Part shown: positions 23,646 through 34,171 of the stretch, one piece after another
How the letters are laid out: each line of letters opens with the position of its first letter
Numbering within the stretch: the first letter of the stretch is position 1
Source of the DNA: Candidatus Woesebacteria bacterium GW2011_GWB1_39_12
GTDB lineage: Bacteria; Patescibacteriota; Microgenomatia; UBA8517
NCBI GenBank assembly: GCA_000993405.1
Contig: LBWB01000012.1
Span: 37,777 to 101,776 of the forward strand
DNA length: 64,000 bases
Reading direction: 5' to 3'
Notes under the pieces: model-generated
The model's database searches: none
Told to the model about the DNA's origin: nothing
What the model saw: only the letters and a program-made list of their open reading frames with translations
Program-made: the position numbers and the translations under genes

Positions 23646-26611
23646 ATGGCAAAAACAAAGCCCTTTTTCGAACCTCTTTCCCCGAATGTAGATTTTCCAA
23701 AATTGGAGGAAGAGCTTCTCAAGAAATGGAATAAAGAGGGGACTGTCAAAAGGTATCTTCAAAAGAACGAGAATTCTAAGAAAAACTTTTCCTTCTTGGA
23801 CGGTCCTATTACCGCAAATAATCCCATGGGAGTACATCATGCATGGGGGCGTACTTATAAGGACCTTTGGCAGAGGTTTTACAATATGCGCGGGTTCAAA
23901 CAAAGGTTCCAGAATGGCTTTGACTGTCAGGGACTTTGGGTTGAGGTTGAGGTTGAAAAAGAGCTCGGTTTAAAAAGTAAAAAAGATATTGAAAATTTAG
24001 TTCCGGGTGACGTTAAGGCAAGTATCGCCAAATTTGTAGAACTTTGTAGACAAAGAGTTTATAAATACGCAAAAATACAGACGGAACAATCCAAACGATT
24101 AGGGTATTTCATGGATTGGGATAATTCCTACTTCACCCTTTCTGAAGAGAATAACTATATGATTTGGCACTTTTTGAAAAAATGTAATGACCGCGGACTT
24201 ATTTATAAGGGACGCGATTCTGTTCCATGGTGTCCCCGCTGCGGGACCGCAATTTCTCAACACGAGATTCTGACGGAAGATTATAGAGAGCTAACACACG
24301 AGACTGTCTTTTTTAAGGTTCCGGTTAAAGACCGCGACTTTAGTTTATTGGCATGGACGACAACACCCTGGACAATTCCGGCGAATGTTGCTCTGGCAAT
24401 AAACCCTAAGTTTAAATATCGGGTTTGGAAACTTAATAATAAAGATACGATTTTAACGGTTAACCCCGATGAAATTGCTGACGCGGAATCTCGCGAGTGG
24501 TTTAATAAAAATGTTGTTGAAGCGGGATTCGTGCACGAAAAAGGTACTGAAGACATTCTTGGCAAAGATCTGGTAGGCCTCAAATATGAGGGCCCTTTTG
24601 ACGATTTACCAAGAGTTAAAGATGCTCTCAATAAAAATCCTGATACATTCCACTCTGTCATTGATGCGGAAGATTTGGTTGTTGCAACGAAAGGAACAGG
24701 AATCTTGCATGTAGCCCCTGGCGCCGGAGAAGAAGATTATAAATTGGGAAAAGAGAAAAATTTATCGGTAATTGATGTAATTAATGAAGAAGCCAATTAT
24801 TACGATCAATTAGGAGAATTTAGCGGGAAAAATGCTAAAAGGCATCCCGAGATTATAATCGATTTTCTTAAAAGTAAGGATGAAGGCAGGTTTCTTTTAA
24901 AAACAGCGAATATTACACACAGATATCCCGCTTGTTGGCGCTGTAAAACCGAGCTTGTTTGGAGAGTTGTTGATGAATGGTATATCGCTATTGACCCAGT
25001 TCGTGAAGATATGAAGAAAGTTACAAAGAGAATTCGCTGGATACCCGGTTTTGGTCTTAAAAGAGAGTTAGATTGGCTAAAGAATATGCATGATTGGCTG
25101 ATTAGTAAGAAAAGATATTGGGGTCTTGCTATACCGATCTGGGAATGCAAAAAATGCGGCAATTTTGAAGTTATTGGTAGCTATGAAGAGCTGAAGGAAA
25201 AAGCGGTTGACGGCTGGGAAAAATTTGAGGGCCATACTCCGCATAAGCCGTGGGTTGACGAAGTGAGAATTAAATGTTCTAAGTGCGGTGAGATTACTGA
25301 AAGGATACCGGATGTCGGGAACCCCTGGCTTGATGCCGGGATTGTCTCTTTTTCAACAATCTCGAAAGACAATAAAAGTGATCCTTTATATTGGTCGGAT
25401 AAGGAGGAATGGCAAAAGTGGTTTCCGGCCGATTTTATAACCGAAAGCTTTCCGGGACAATTTAAAAACTGGTTTTATTCTTTAATCGCAATGAGCGCTG
25501 TTTTAGAAAATAGGGAACCATTTAAAACCGTTAAGACGGCAGGCCTATGCATAAAAGTTGGGGAAACGCGATCGAATTTAATGAGGGCGCCGAGAAAATA
25601 GGTGTTGACGTTATGCGCTGGATGTACGTTCGCCAAAATCCTTCTGATAATCTGTTATTTGGTTACAAAATTGCGGACGAGACCAGGAGGAAATTCCATT
25701 TAACTCTTTGGAATATCTATAACTTCTTCGTGACTTATGCAAATCTCGATGATTGGCATCCTGTAGCAGGTCAACCGATTATTCTAAGAAATTTGCTTGA
25801 TGTGTGGGTTACCTCACGTTTGCAGGAAACACTCCTTGGGGTAACGAAATCTCTCGAAGATTATGACGCAAGATCGGCAAGCCAATTTATTGAGGACTTT
25901 GTGCAAGATATGTCTCTTTGGTATATAAGACGCTCAAGAAATCGTGTGGGATTAAGCGCACCGGATGCGACCGATAAAAAAGATTTTTACATTGTTTGTC
26001 ATTTTGTTTTAGTAAACCTGACTAAAATCTTAGCGCCCTTTACTCCTTTTTTGGCGGACATAATATTTACAAATCTCGTAAAGCTAGGGACTATATCAGT
26101 TCACCTGATTGACTGGCCGGACGCAAAATTTGTAAAGAATTTACAAGGATTACTCGGAGAAAAAAAGGAAGTGAAAAAGTTAATGAAATATATGCATTTG
26201 GTTAGAAGTGTCGTAGAAAAAGGTCATTCGGCCAGGAAAGAAGCAAGGTTGCCTGTTAGACAACCGCTAGCCTCGATAACAATCTACTTTGATGAGAGAT
26301 GTGATGCAAGGATGCTAAAGTTAATTGAAGATGAACTGAACGTTAAAGAGGTGATTTGGAAAAAAGGGAAGGAATTAAAAATAAAACTAGATACTAAGAT
26401 TACTCCGGAACTTGAAGAAGAGGCAAAGACAAGAGAATTAATTCGGAAAATTCAAGGTACAAGAAAAGAAATGGGTATAACCCTTACTCAAAAAGTTACT
26501 GTTTTAAGTCCCTGGCTTCCTCTGAATAAAGATCTTATTCAAAGAGTGAAGGATATTACGTTAACAAGGGACATTGGTAAAGGAGATTTTGAAGTTAAAG
26601 TTAGCAATTAA
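23646..26611 (+). CDS. ileS: isoleucyl-tRNA synthetase-like class I aaRS, split by a +1/-1 frameshift around 25540-25560
   Basis: N-terminal FLDGPITANNPMGVHHAWGRT (HIGH region variant), GFDCQGLW (like IleRS WDCHGLP), WCPRCGT zinc motif, and KMHKSWGN (KMSKS). KMHKSWGN is in the second ORF, directly after the frame break. Confidence 0.6.
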
Positions 26612-26622
26612 TGCTTTAGCTA

Positions 26623-27678
26623 ATGGTAAGTTTTTCAGCATCAAAAATTTGGGACCTAGTTTTAATAGTTTCGATTTCGCTCCTGATTCTTATTAGTACT
26701 TTTGTCTTGCATTCGGTTGAACCCAGCATTTTCCCTTCATATTTTGTTTATATTGGTATGGCTGTCTTTTTCTTTCTTTTTTTCATAAGAATCGATTTTG
26801 ATATATATCTTGCTTTCTCAACCCATCTGTATTTTTTGACATTGATTTTCCTTGTAATAACTCTTCTGATCGGTCAGGTGACCAGGGGAGCGGTTCGCTG
26901 GATTCCTTTGGGGGTAGTAACGATACAACCGTCAGAAGTAATGAGGGCCTTCCTACTTCTTTTTTTTGCAAAATATCTAACCGAAAAAGAAGTAAACCTG
27001 TCAAGGCTTATCAAGCTCTTTGTCAGTTTTTTGATTCCTTTCGGTCTAATTTTAGTTCAACCATCCCTGGGTGTTGCAATTCTAACTGCGGTTGGATTTT
27101 TTGGCATTCTTTTGGCGTCAAGCCTGGAGAAAAAATACTTTTTAGTGGGCCTTTTCATTTTTGTCGCCATTTTGCCACTCGTTTGGTTTATTCTTGCACC
27201 CTATCAAAGAGAAAGGTTAAGCTCGTTTGTTGATCCTGAGAGCGACCCACTAGGCTCCGGTTATAACAGTATTCAGTCTATGATTTCAGTCGGGTCGGGA
27301 AGATTTATAGGTCGCGGATTAGGTGAAGGTGTTCAAACGCAACTTGAGTTTTTGCCTGAAAAGCATACGGACTTTATTTTTGCTGCAATTTCCGAAGAAC
27401 TCGGATTTTTGGGAGCAGGTTTAATTATAACTGGTTTATTTATAGTTTTTTGGATTCTTATTCAAATCGTAGCAAATGCAAAAAATCCAACCGCTCGGGC
27501 ATATGTTACGGGAGTATTTTTGATTCTTTTTACACAGAGCCTTATTCATATAGGGATGAACATGGGACTTTTGCCGATAACGGGTGTTCCTTTACCTTTT
27601 GTCTCATCCGGGGGTTCCTCCCTTCTGGGAACCGTAGTTGCAGTTGTAATTTCGTTAAAGGCTAAAGCTGAGAGTTAG
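26623..27678 (+). CDS. SEDS-family peptidoglycan glycosyltransferase (RodA/FtsW)
   Basis: Signature GLLPITGVPLPFVSSGGSSL, with 9-10 TM helices. Confidence 0.8.
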   Translation: MVSFSASKIWDLVLIVSISLLILISTFVLHSVEPSIFPSYFVYIGMAVFFFLFFIRIDFDIYLAFSTHLYFLTLIFLVITLLIGQVTRGAVRWIPLGVVTIQPSEVMRAFLLLFFAKYLTEKEVNLSRLIKLFVSFLIPFGLILVQPSLGVAILTAVGFFGILLASSLEKKYFLVGLFIFVAILPLVWFILAPYQRERLSSFVDPESDPLGSGYNSIQSMISVGSGRFIGRGLGEGVQTQLEFLPEKHTDFIFAAISEELGFLGAGLIITGLFIVFWILIQIVANAKNPTARAYVTGVFLILFTQSLIHIGMNMGLLPITGVPLPFVSSGGSSLLGTVVAVVISLKAKAES

Positions 27679-27723
27679 CTTGTTTTTGGAAAGCTTTAAC
27701 TATACAATACGAAGGATATAATT

Positions 27724-28026
27724 ATGACAAAGTACGCCGTACTAAAAATAAAAGGTACTCAGTATAAAGTCCTTGAAGGCGAGGAAATCCTGGTAGCTAA
27801 ATTGGGAGATACTAAGGTTCAGGCTGATATGCTTCTTCTTGTTGAAGATGATAAAGTGTCAATTGGGAAACCTGTCTTGAAGGCTTCAAATTTGAAACTT
27901 AAGGTTGTTAAAGAAGAAAAAGGTGAAAAAATAACTGTTTTTAAATACAAAGCAAAGTCGCGCTACAGAAAGAAAACCGGTTTTAGACCAAAATATACGA
28001 GACTTTTGGTTGAAAAGATCTCCTGA
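27724..28026 (+). CDS. rplU: 50S ribosomal protein L21
   Basis: MTKYAVLKIKGTQYKVLEGEEILV matches the L21 N-terminus. It is ~100 aa and lies upstream of rpmA. Confidence 0.85.
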   Translation: MTKYAVLKIKGTQYKVLEGEEILVAKLGDTKVQADMLLLVEDDKVSIGKPVLKASNLKLKVVKEEKGEKITVFKYKAKSRYRKKTGFRPKYTRLLVEKIS

Positions 28027-28072
28027 TAATTTAACCATATAGTAATATAGCAATCTGCAACTTACTATTCGC

Positions 28073-28101
28073 TTGACATCCGTGAAAATATAAATTATAT
28101 T
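28073..28101 (+). promoter_or_regulatory. sigma70-like promoter TTGACA-17nt-TATATT, 9 nt upstream of the rpmA ATG
   Basis: Consensus -35 and a good -10, implying a near-leaderless transcript. Confidence 0.45.
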
Positions 28102-28110
28102 GTTTGTAAT

Positions 28111-28356
28111 ATGGCACACAAAAAACAGGGCGGAAAGTTAACCCAAAGAGTAAGGCCCGAACCTAAATATCTTGGACTTAAAGTTTCTGACGGTCAGAAA
28201 GTTACGACAGGAAGTATTTTGGTGAGACAAAGAGGAACTCCATTTACTTCAGGAGAAGGAGTTAAGATTGGCCGCGATCATACACTTTTTGCCGTAAAAC
28301 CCGGAACGGTTAAATTTGGATCAAAAATGGGTAAGAAAATAATTTCTATTCACTAA
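28111..28356 (+). CDS. rpmA: 50S ribosomal protein L27
   Basis: MAHKKQGG...ILVRQRGT...GRDHTLFA matches the L27 signature. Confidence 0.9.
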   Translation: MAHKKQGGKLTQRVRPEPKYLGLKVSDGQKVTTGSILVRQRGTPFTSGEGVKIGRDHTLFAVKPGTVKFGSKMGKKIISIH

Positions 28357-28359
28357 CTT

Positions 28360-29205
28360 ATGGCCGAGGAAGTTATTCAAATCGATATTAACGAGTTGCA
28401 GCCGAATCCTTTACAACCAAGGGGCTCAATAACACCTGAGAGTTTGGTTGATTTGGTAGACTCGGTAAAAGAACATGGAATTTTGGAACCTCTAGTTGTT
28501 GCCAAAACTCCCGCAGGTTTTCAAATAATAGCAGGCGAAAGACGTTGGAGGGCGGCAAAGTTGGCAGGATTATCTCACGTTCCTGCAATAATCCGTGAAA
28601 CCTCTCCAAAAGGAATGCTTGAGATGGCACTGGTTGAGAATGTCCAACGCGTTGATCTAAATGCACTTGATCGCGCAAAAGGATTTGAAAGGTTACAGGC
28701 AGAATTTGGCTTATCAACAAGCGAAATCGCAACAAGAATAGGCAAGTCGGTAGCATACGTGTCGAATTCGTTAAGACTTCTTACTTTACCTGACGCACTA
28801 AAAGACGGCCTACTTTCAGGCCTTATAAGTGAAGGCCATGCCAGGGCACTTGCCGCAATTGACGATACAAATTTAATGGTTGAGGCCTATAAGATTATTT
28901 TAAGGGAGTCGGGATCTGTTAGGCGTGCAGAAGAGTTAGCACGACGGATGAAAGTAAAGTCCCAACAGCCGAACCGACCCGGCGGAAGACCTCAGGAATT
29001 TAGAATTGTTTCGGAAGAAATTGACCGTATGCAGGAGGATATGGAAAGGGCTCTTTTATCTAAAGGAGATGGTGATTCCGGTAAGAAAACAAGCGTAAAA
29101 TTAATAAGATCACGACGCGAAACCCGGATTGTCTTCATTTTTAAAGGCGGTCTTGAGGAAACAGAGGATAGACTTCAAAAAGTTTACAAGTCCGTTAGAA
29201 GCTAG
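28360..29205 (+). CDS. parB: ParB/Spo0J chromosome partitioning protein
   Basis: ParB box GERRWRAAKLAGL and an HTH region. No parA is adjacent. Confidence 0.8.
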   Translation: MAEEVIQIDINELQPNPLQPRGSITPESLVDLVDSVKEHGILEPLVVAKTPAGFQIIAGERRWRAAKLAGLSHVPAIIRETSPKGMLEMALVENVQRVDLNALDRAKGFERLQAEFGLSTSEIATRIGKSVAYVSNSLRLLTLPDALKDGLLSGLISEGHARALAAIDDTNLMVEAYKIILRESGSVRRAEELARRMKVKSQQPNRPGGRPQEFRIVSEEIDRMQEDMERALLSKGDGDSGKKTSVKLIRSRRETRIVFIFKGGLEETEDRLQKVYKSVRS

Positions 29206-29798
29206 TTTGCACCATAGGTTACCTCTTCAACTACTCCTACTTTAGGTGGCGGCCAATAGATGACCCATGCTCTTCCCGATATTGACTTTTTTGATATAAA
29301 ACCCCAAGTTCTTGAATCCGAAGATGCACCACGATTATCTCCCAACACAAAATAATATTCATTCGGTACAACTATTTCTTGGCCTTCTTTAAGAAAATTT
29401 CCACCTTGAGACTTGATTGTTTCGGATAAGTATGACTCGCCGAGTCTTTGATTATTAATAAGAATAGACCCGTTATTAAGTGAGACTTGTTCACCCGGAA
29501 GGCCAATTATCCTTTTTATGAACTCGTCTCCACCTGCGCCTGGTGCCTCGAACACGATTACGTCACCCCTTTTTGGTTTCCGGAGACGGTAAGTAATTTT
29601 GTCGGTAAGTAAGTACTCGCCGTCCAAAAAATTAGGAAGCATCGAGTCCCCCTTAATTTTATGCGGTTGGAGAATTAGCAAATAGACAAAGAGAAAGATC
29701 GCAATTGCGAATACGACGACCTCCGTTATATCCAAAAAAAATGCGCTTAATTTTTTAAGCATGGATTTATTATATGGGTGTAAGGAATAAAGATTCAA
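29202..29798 (-). CDS. lepB: signal peptidase I (S26)
   Basis: GDSMLPNF (Ser nucleophile box), GDNRGASSDSR, and an N-terminal TM anchor. Confidence 0.85.
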   Translation of the reverse strand: MNLYSLHPYNKSMLKKLSAFFLDITEVVVFAIAIFLFVYLLILQPHKIKGDSMLPNFLDGEYLLTDKITYRLRKPKRGDVIVFEAPGAGGDEFIKRIIGLPGEQVSLNNGSILINNQRLGESYLSETIKSQGGNFLKEGQEIVVPNEYYFVLGDNRGASSDSRTWGFISKKSISGRAWVIYWPPPKVGVVEEVTYGAN

Positions 29799-29810
29799 GC
29801 ACCAGCTTCT

Positions 29811-31475
29811 TTAAGCATTATTGTTGCCATGAGCTTCAGATAAATACTGTGTTTTTTCAGACATTATTCTTAAAAATTCCCGTTTATCTTTAGACAAAAG
29901 TAAACGTAATTCACGTATATCTTCCACTCCTAAATCTGCAAGAGTACGGGCTGCGTGGCGAAGATATTCATTTATCCAAAAAGCCATCGAGCATGCTTTT
30001 TCTTCATAATACATAAGACCAGGTTTCCCTTCGCTATAATAAGTTCTACCTGCGGCGTCTGTTCTTCTTAATGCTAATTCAGGATTTTCGGATTCAATAA
30101 TTTGAGTAACAGGGCTTGCTGTTCCTGGATAAGGTTGGCAAGTTCTTCCTGCGAGGTCACGTATGAAGATATTTCCGGTTTCAATAGTACCCCTGACAAA
30201 TTTCTGGTTACCCAAGACGGCGTCAACCCCAATGATAAGAGAGGTGCCGATTGATCTGCCTACGCCGCCTTCAATCATTAGGCTTGTTTTGTTAAAATCA
30301 CTGTCTAAACAAATTTCATATATGTCCTCCAAAGTAGTAATAGCCATTCCGTTTATGGCCGAAGTGCATTGTTGACCTCCGCCGTGGCCGTAGATAAGAC
30401 CATCGACGGCAATGTCAGGGGAAATCAGTTTTTTTGCCTGGGCTTTATCTGCAATTTGGCCTACGAAAATTTCGATGTTTTCCCCAAGTGTTTGTCTCAA
30501 GAGCTTTGCGGTTTTAACGACTCTTGGATCGCTTCCTATTGTGTATATTCTAAAAGAAGTAACTCTGGCTTCAAAATAAAGTCTTTTGGCGATTTTTGTT
30601 TCTTCTTCAGGATTTTCTGCTCCCAGAGCAGCTCCTACATTTCTCATCACTTTTTTCTTCCAGGAAGAGGAAATTGGGATTTTTTGGATTAAATCCCTTA
30701 CACTAATTCCTAAGCGTATTCTCTCTTCCAGATTAAGTGCAAATATGCTGCTTCTTGGAATAAAAGAAAGCATGTGGCCAATGGCAGACAGAACAAGCGT
30801 GTCTCTCCAACCTGAAACAGGAGGCATGGCACCAAGGCCGAGGATCTTACGGGGATATTTTCCGATTTTATTAAAAAGACCAATTTTCACTATGTTTCTT
30901 CTGCTTATTATCTTTTCGGAACTTATTTTTTTGTAGCCAAGTTGGGAGATTGCGGGAGTGTAAAGAGACGTTTTACCTAGTCCTTTTATGCCTAAAGCTT
31001 CTTCTATTGTTAGAGACCTTTTATTTAATCTATCGGGAATCTTAATTTTACCTGTTTCAATATCTTCTATTTTTCTATATATTGTCTCGTTGTGGTTGTC
31101 GTCAAAAAATAGTGCTCTTTGGGCTAAAGCCAAATCTGTCCTTTTTTTTCCCATTTGCCAGAAAACCGGCTCTCCATTTTTATATTTCTCTATTCTATTT
31201 AAGTCAATATTTGTTAAAACTATGCCTATGCTACGGGATTCGGAAGATCTTTTATAGCGTGAATAAAATTTGCTTTTATATTTATAAATTGGGCTTGTTT
31301 TTTTAAGCGAAATATTTTCTAAGAGATTAGAAAATATTCTACCGTTTTGACTTAATTCTTCGGTGCGGATTCTTTGCATTTCTTCTTCGTAAGGTTCTTT
31401 AAGTTCATTTATCCTGAGTTTTAACTTCTTATATGTTTTTTGAAGATTTGTATGTTTATCAATTTTTTGATTCAT
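29811..31475 (-). CDS. IMPDH/GMP-reductase-family TIM-barrel protein with an atypical ~300-aa basic N-terminal region (function unclear)
   Basis: GHGGGQQCTSA (like GIGPGSICTT, catalytic Cys loop), IEGGVGRSIGTSLIIGVDAVLGN (like IADGGIR...GAD.VM.G), and a C-terminal AGRTYYSEG...MAFWINEYL segment resembling the IMPDH flap region. No CBS pair is evident. Confidence 0.45.
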   Translation of the reverse strand: MNQKIDKHTNLQKTYKKLKLRINELKEPYEEEMQRIRTEELSQNGRIFSNLLENISLKKTSPIYKYKSKFYSRYKRSSESRSIGIVLTNIDLNRIEKYKNGEPVFWQMGKKRTDLALAQRALFFDDNHNETIYRKIEDIETGKIKIPDRLNKRSLTIEEALGIKGLGKTSLYTPAISQLGYKKISSEKIISRRNIVKIGLFNKIGKYPRKILGLGAMPPVSGWRDTLVLSAIGHMLSFIPRSSIFALNLEERIRLGISVRDLIQKIPISSSWKKKVMRNVGAALGAENPEEETKIAKRLYFEARVTSFRIYTIGSDPRVVKTAKLLRQTLGENIEIFVGQIADKAQAKKLISPDIAVDGLIYGHGGGQQCTSAINGMAITTLEDIYEICLDSDFNKTSLMIEGGVGRSIGTSLIIGVDAVLGNQKFVRGTIETGNIFIRDLAGRTCQPYPGTASPVTQIIESENPELALRRTDAAGRTYYSEGKPGLMYYEEKACSMAFWINEYLRHAARTLADLGVEDIRELRLLLSKDKREFLRIMSEKTQYLSEAHGNNNA

Positions 31476-31595
31476 AATAATTTTAGAGAAACAAAAAACC
31501 TCCCTAGGTTGGGGAGGTTAAGATGTTCCCTTTTCAAGAATATCGTAAAAATTTAGCTCTTTGTCAACACCCAATTTTGTTTTATACTTTCAAAA

Positions 31596-32147
31596 ATGAT
31601 CAAACTTTATTTTGCAACAGGTAATGAAGGGAAATTGAAAGAAGCTCAAAATATCTTGGGAGTTGACGTTGAAGGTGTAGGGTTAGAAATTGATGAAATT
31701 CAATCGATGGACCCTGTTGAAGTAGCAGTTAAAAAAGCTCGTGCCTATTACAGCGCGCTCAAAAAACCTATATTTATCGAGGACGTTTCGGTTTCAATTA
31801 AAGCTCTGTATGGTTTGCCGGGAACATATATCGATGCATTTATGCAAAGCTTGGGTAATGAGGGGATAGTTGAACTTATGAAGGAAAAAACTAATCGAAA
31901 AGTTCTGGCTCAGGCAACTGTAGTTTACGTTGAGAAGGCTGGTTCAGAAAAGATATTCATCGGTAAGGTTGTCGGAAAAGTTGCAGACAAGCCAAGGGGA
32001 GATGGTTTTGGGTGGGATCCGATTTTTATTCCTAAAGGGGAGAAAAGGACGTTTGGAGAAATGAGTTTAGAAGAAAAAAATAAGTATTCGATGCGTGCAA
32101 AAGCGTTAACGAAGTTTAAAAAGTGGCTTGATGATAAAAGTAAATAA
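31596..32147 (+). CDS. rdgB: non-canonical purine NTP pyrophosphatase (RdgB/HAM1 family)
   Basis: MIKLYFATGNEGKLKE ... FGWDPIF ... matches the HAM1/ITPase pattern. Confidence 0.85.
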   Translation: MIKLYFATGNEGKLKEAQNILGVDVEGVGLEIDEIQSMDPVEVAVKKARAYYSALKKPIFIEDVSVSIKALYGLPGTYIDAFMQSLGNEGIVELMKEKTNRKVLAQATVVYVEKAGSEKIFIGKVVGKVADKPRGDGFGWDPIFIPKGEKRTFGEMSLEEKNKYSMRAKALTKFKKWLDDKSK

Positions 32148-32158
32148 GGGCGTACTCT

Positions 32159-33271
32159 TTATTTTGCAAATTGATATATTTTCCAGAATAGATCGCCTGC
32201 AAAAGAACCTGATTCAAATCCGTTTCGCCTTTCGATACCGTCAGGATATTGATCTCCAGCAGTTACTCCGTAGTGCACATAGGCTATAGATCTTCTAATA
32301 GCCCTTTCTGTTACAGGAAAGTTGCCAAGTGGTTCATATTTGTTTTGAATTATTTTAATAAGATCGTCGTTTAGTGGCGGGAAAATATAATCAGCACAGC
32401 TCATGGCAATTATTTCTTTAAGCGCCGAACCAAAATTACCCACGCCTTCTTTTCTTATTCTTCCAAGAGTTTGATCTCCTTCTGCTCTAAAAAACCTTTT
32501 TTGAAAATACTCATATTCTTGATTCATGGCTCCCAACCAATCGCCCACAAAATCCAATGTCCGTCTCAGTCCATAAGGCAGCAATACAGGTTTGCCATCA
32601 ATCATCTTCGATTCGTTAATTGGAATTCCTGCATGCGTTAACTCATGTATATATGCGCTGTAAGCACCCCAAGGGAGAGGAGACTTCGAATCACTATATT
32701 CCTTAGCTCCAGCTTGCCATTGAACCATGTTACCGCCAGCGTGATTCTGATCTGTGAGTTTGACTTCCACAACACGCCATTGGTCGTCGGTTAAATATGC
32801 ATCAAAAATTTCTCTGGCTTGCTTTTGCCTTTCTGTGGTTCCTCCGGTAACAGCGGGTCTATCAGCCTTAAAATCATAAGAATACGATCCCTGTTCTGTA
32901 ATCCAAACCTTGAAATCGTCAGGATTTCGGAAATAAGCATTTCTTATTCCAGGAATTAAATTGTTTCTCGCTAAATAAATTGTAAGAATACCGTCAGAAT
33001 TCAAATTTGGCACTTTCCCACCCTCTTCTAGATAAATTTTTTTCCCAAAATTCCTCAATTGTGTATCGATCTCAACAATTTTTTTGGACTGTTCTGGAGG
33101 AATATCTATATCTGGTTTGCCCAAATTGCCAAGAGCTTCTGCTTGTTTCCTGAGTCGTCTAATCTCATCTAAAAACAAAACTTCTGCTGTAACTGCCGCA
33201 CCCGCAAGACCAAGCTTCAAAAAATCCCTCCTTGATAATTTCTTTCTTGGATCTAATCCACCTTCACCCAT
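32159..33271 (-). CDS. Tat-signal secreted protein with an HExxH motif (putative metallopeptidase)
   Basis: SRRDFLKLGLAGAAV twin-arginine signal, and YIHELTHAG (HExxH). Confidence 0.45.
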   Translation of the reverse strand: MGEGGLDPRKKLSRRDFLKLGLAGAAVTAEVLFLDEIRRLRKQAEALGNLGKPDIDIPPEQSKKIVEIDTQLRNFGKKIYLEEGGKVPNLNSDGILTIYLARNNLIPGIRNAYFRNPDDFKVWITEQGSYSYDFKADRPAVTGGTTERQKQAREIFDAYLTDDQWRVVEVKLTDQNHAGGNMVQWQAGAKEYSDSKSPLPWGAYSAYIHELTHAGIPINESKMIDGKPVLLPYGLRRTLDFVGDWLGAMNQEYEYFQKRFFRAEGDQTLGRIRKEGVGNFGSALKEIIAMSCADYIFPPLNDDLIKIIQNKYEPLGNFPVTERAIRRSIAYVHYGVTAGDQYPDGIERRNGFESGSFAGDLFWKIYQFAK

Positions 33272-33341
33272 ACTTTGATTTTACCAAAAAATCTTTGCTT
33301 TATTGAGCATAACCAGATTGTCTTCAAATTCTTCAAAACTG

Positions 33342-33415
33342 TAGTCGCGGATGGACTCGAACCATCGACCTTTCGAATGTGAATCGAACGCTCTAGCCAA
33401 CTGAGCTACGCGACC
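33342..33415 (-). tRNA. tRNA-Val (anticodon CAC)
   Basis: The reverse complement GGTCGCGTAGCTCAGTTGGCTAGAGCGTTCGATTCACATTCGAAAGGTCGATGGTTCGAGTCCATCCGCGACTA folds as a cloverleaf. The anticodon loop is TTCACAT and the T-loop is TTCGAGT. Confidence 0.85.
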
Positions 33416-33474
33416 TCAAATGTATTTTAACATTTTATTCTCTCATCTTCGAATACTTTGCTATACTAAAGGTA

Positions 33475-34161
33475 ATGTCTCTAGGAACGAAAAGGATTAT
33501 CTTTTGGATTTTTTGGCTTCTAATAGTTCTTTCTGGACCAATCACCGTTATTAGAAATTCGGACCTCCGGAATACTTTTGCAAACACGGTAGTACTTACC
33601 AACTTTTTTCAAAGGATGACAGGCCTTCTAGCTTTCAGTCTGCTTTTTATACAAATCATCTTGGGTTCATGGATGGGCAGGTGGCTACAAATTATCGGTG
33701 CAAAAGCCTACAAAATTCATATCACCCAGGGATTGGTTATTTACTTACTCATGCTTATTCACCCGCTTTTTGAAAATGCAATCGTATATCTTGTTTCTAA
33801 AAACATTATTGATGCTCTATATGTTTTTATCCCAAGTTTGGGAACAGAGAGGGCGATACTACTTGTATTCGGAAGGACAGCATTTTTACTGGCAACAATT
33901 GCAGTTATTGCGTCGTATTTTCGGACAAAGCCCTTTTTCAGGAGGAACTGGCAAGCTTTTCATATCCTAAACTACCTTGTCTTTATTCTTATCTTTATTC
34001 ATATGAGACTAGGCACAGATATAGTATCCCCGCCTTTTGTTTGGGTTTCTTGGATCGCCTTAATAGGTGTTTTGTTTTCACTGGTTCACAGATTTTTATA
34101 TCCTTTACTTCCAAAAAGCATTTTCCAAAGAGGGACTGACATTAAAGAGCAAAAGGCGTAG
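33475..34161 (+). CDS. hypothetical polytopic membrane protein (6 TM; paired His in TM helices may indicate a b-type haem-binding, ferric-reductase-like fold)
   Basis: Hydrophobicity pattern, with His residues in predicted helices (HITQG...IHPLF; FHILNY...IHMRLG). Confidence 0.4.
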   Translation: MSLGTKRIIFWIFWLLIVLSGPITVIRNSDLRNTFANTVVLTNFFQRMTGLLAFSLLFIQIILGSWMGRWLQIIGAKAYKIHITQGLVIYLLMLIHPLFENAIVYLVSKNIIDALYVFIPSLGTERAILLVFGRTAFLLATIAVIASYFRTKPFFRRNWQAFHILNYLVFILIFIHMRLGTDIVSPPFVWVSWIALIGVLFSLVHRFLYPLLPKSIFQRGTDIKEQKA

Positions 34162-34171
34162 TATTTTAGAT

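Noticed and set aside
25530-25605. Programmed ribosomal frameshift in the aminoacyl-tRNA synthetase
   Set aside because: No slippery heptamer or downstream structure is evident. An indel error in a purine-rich run is the simpler explanation.
33698-33970. 90-aa ORF in an alternate frame within the membrane-protein gene 33475..34161
   Set aside because: It is nested in the same strand of a longer hydrophobic ORF with consistent TM periodicity.
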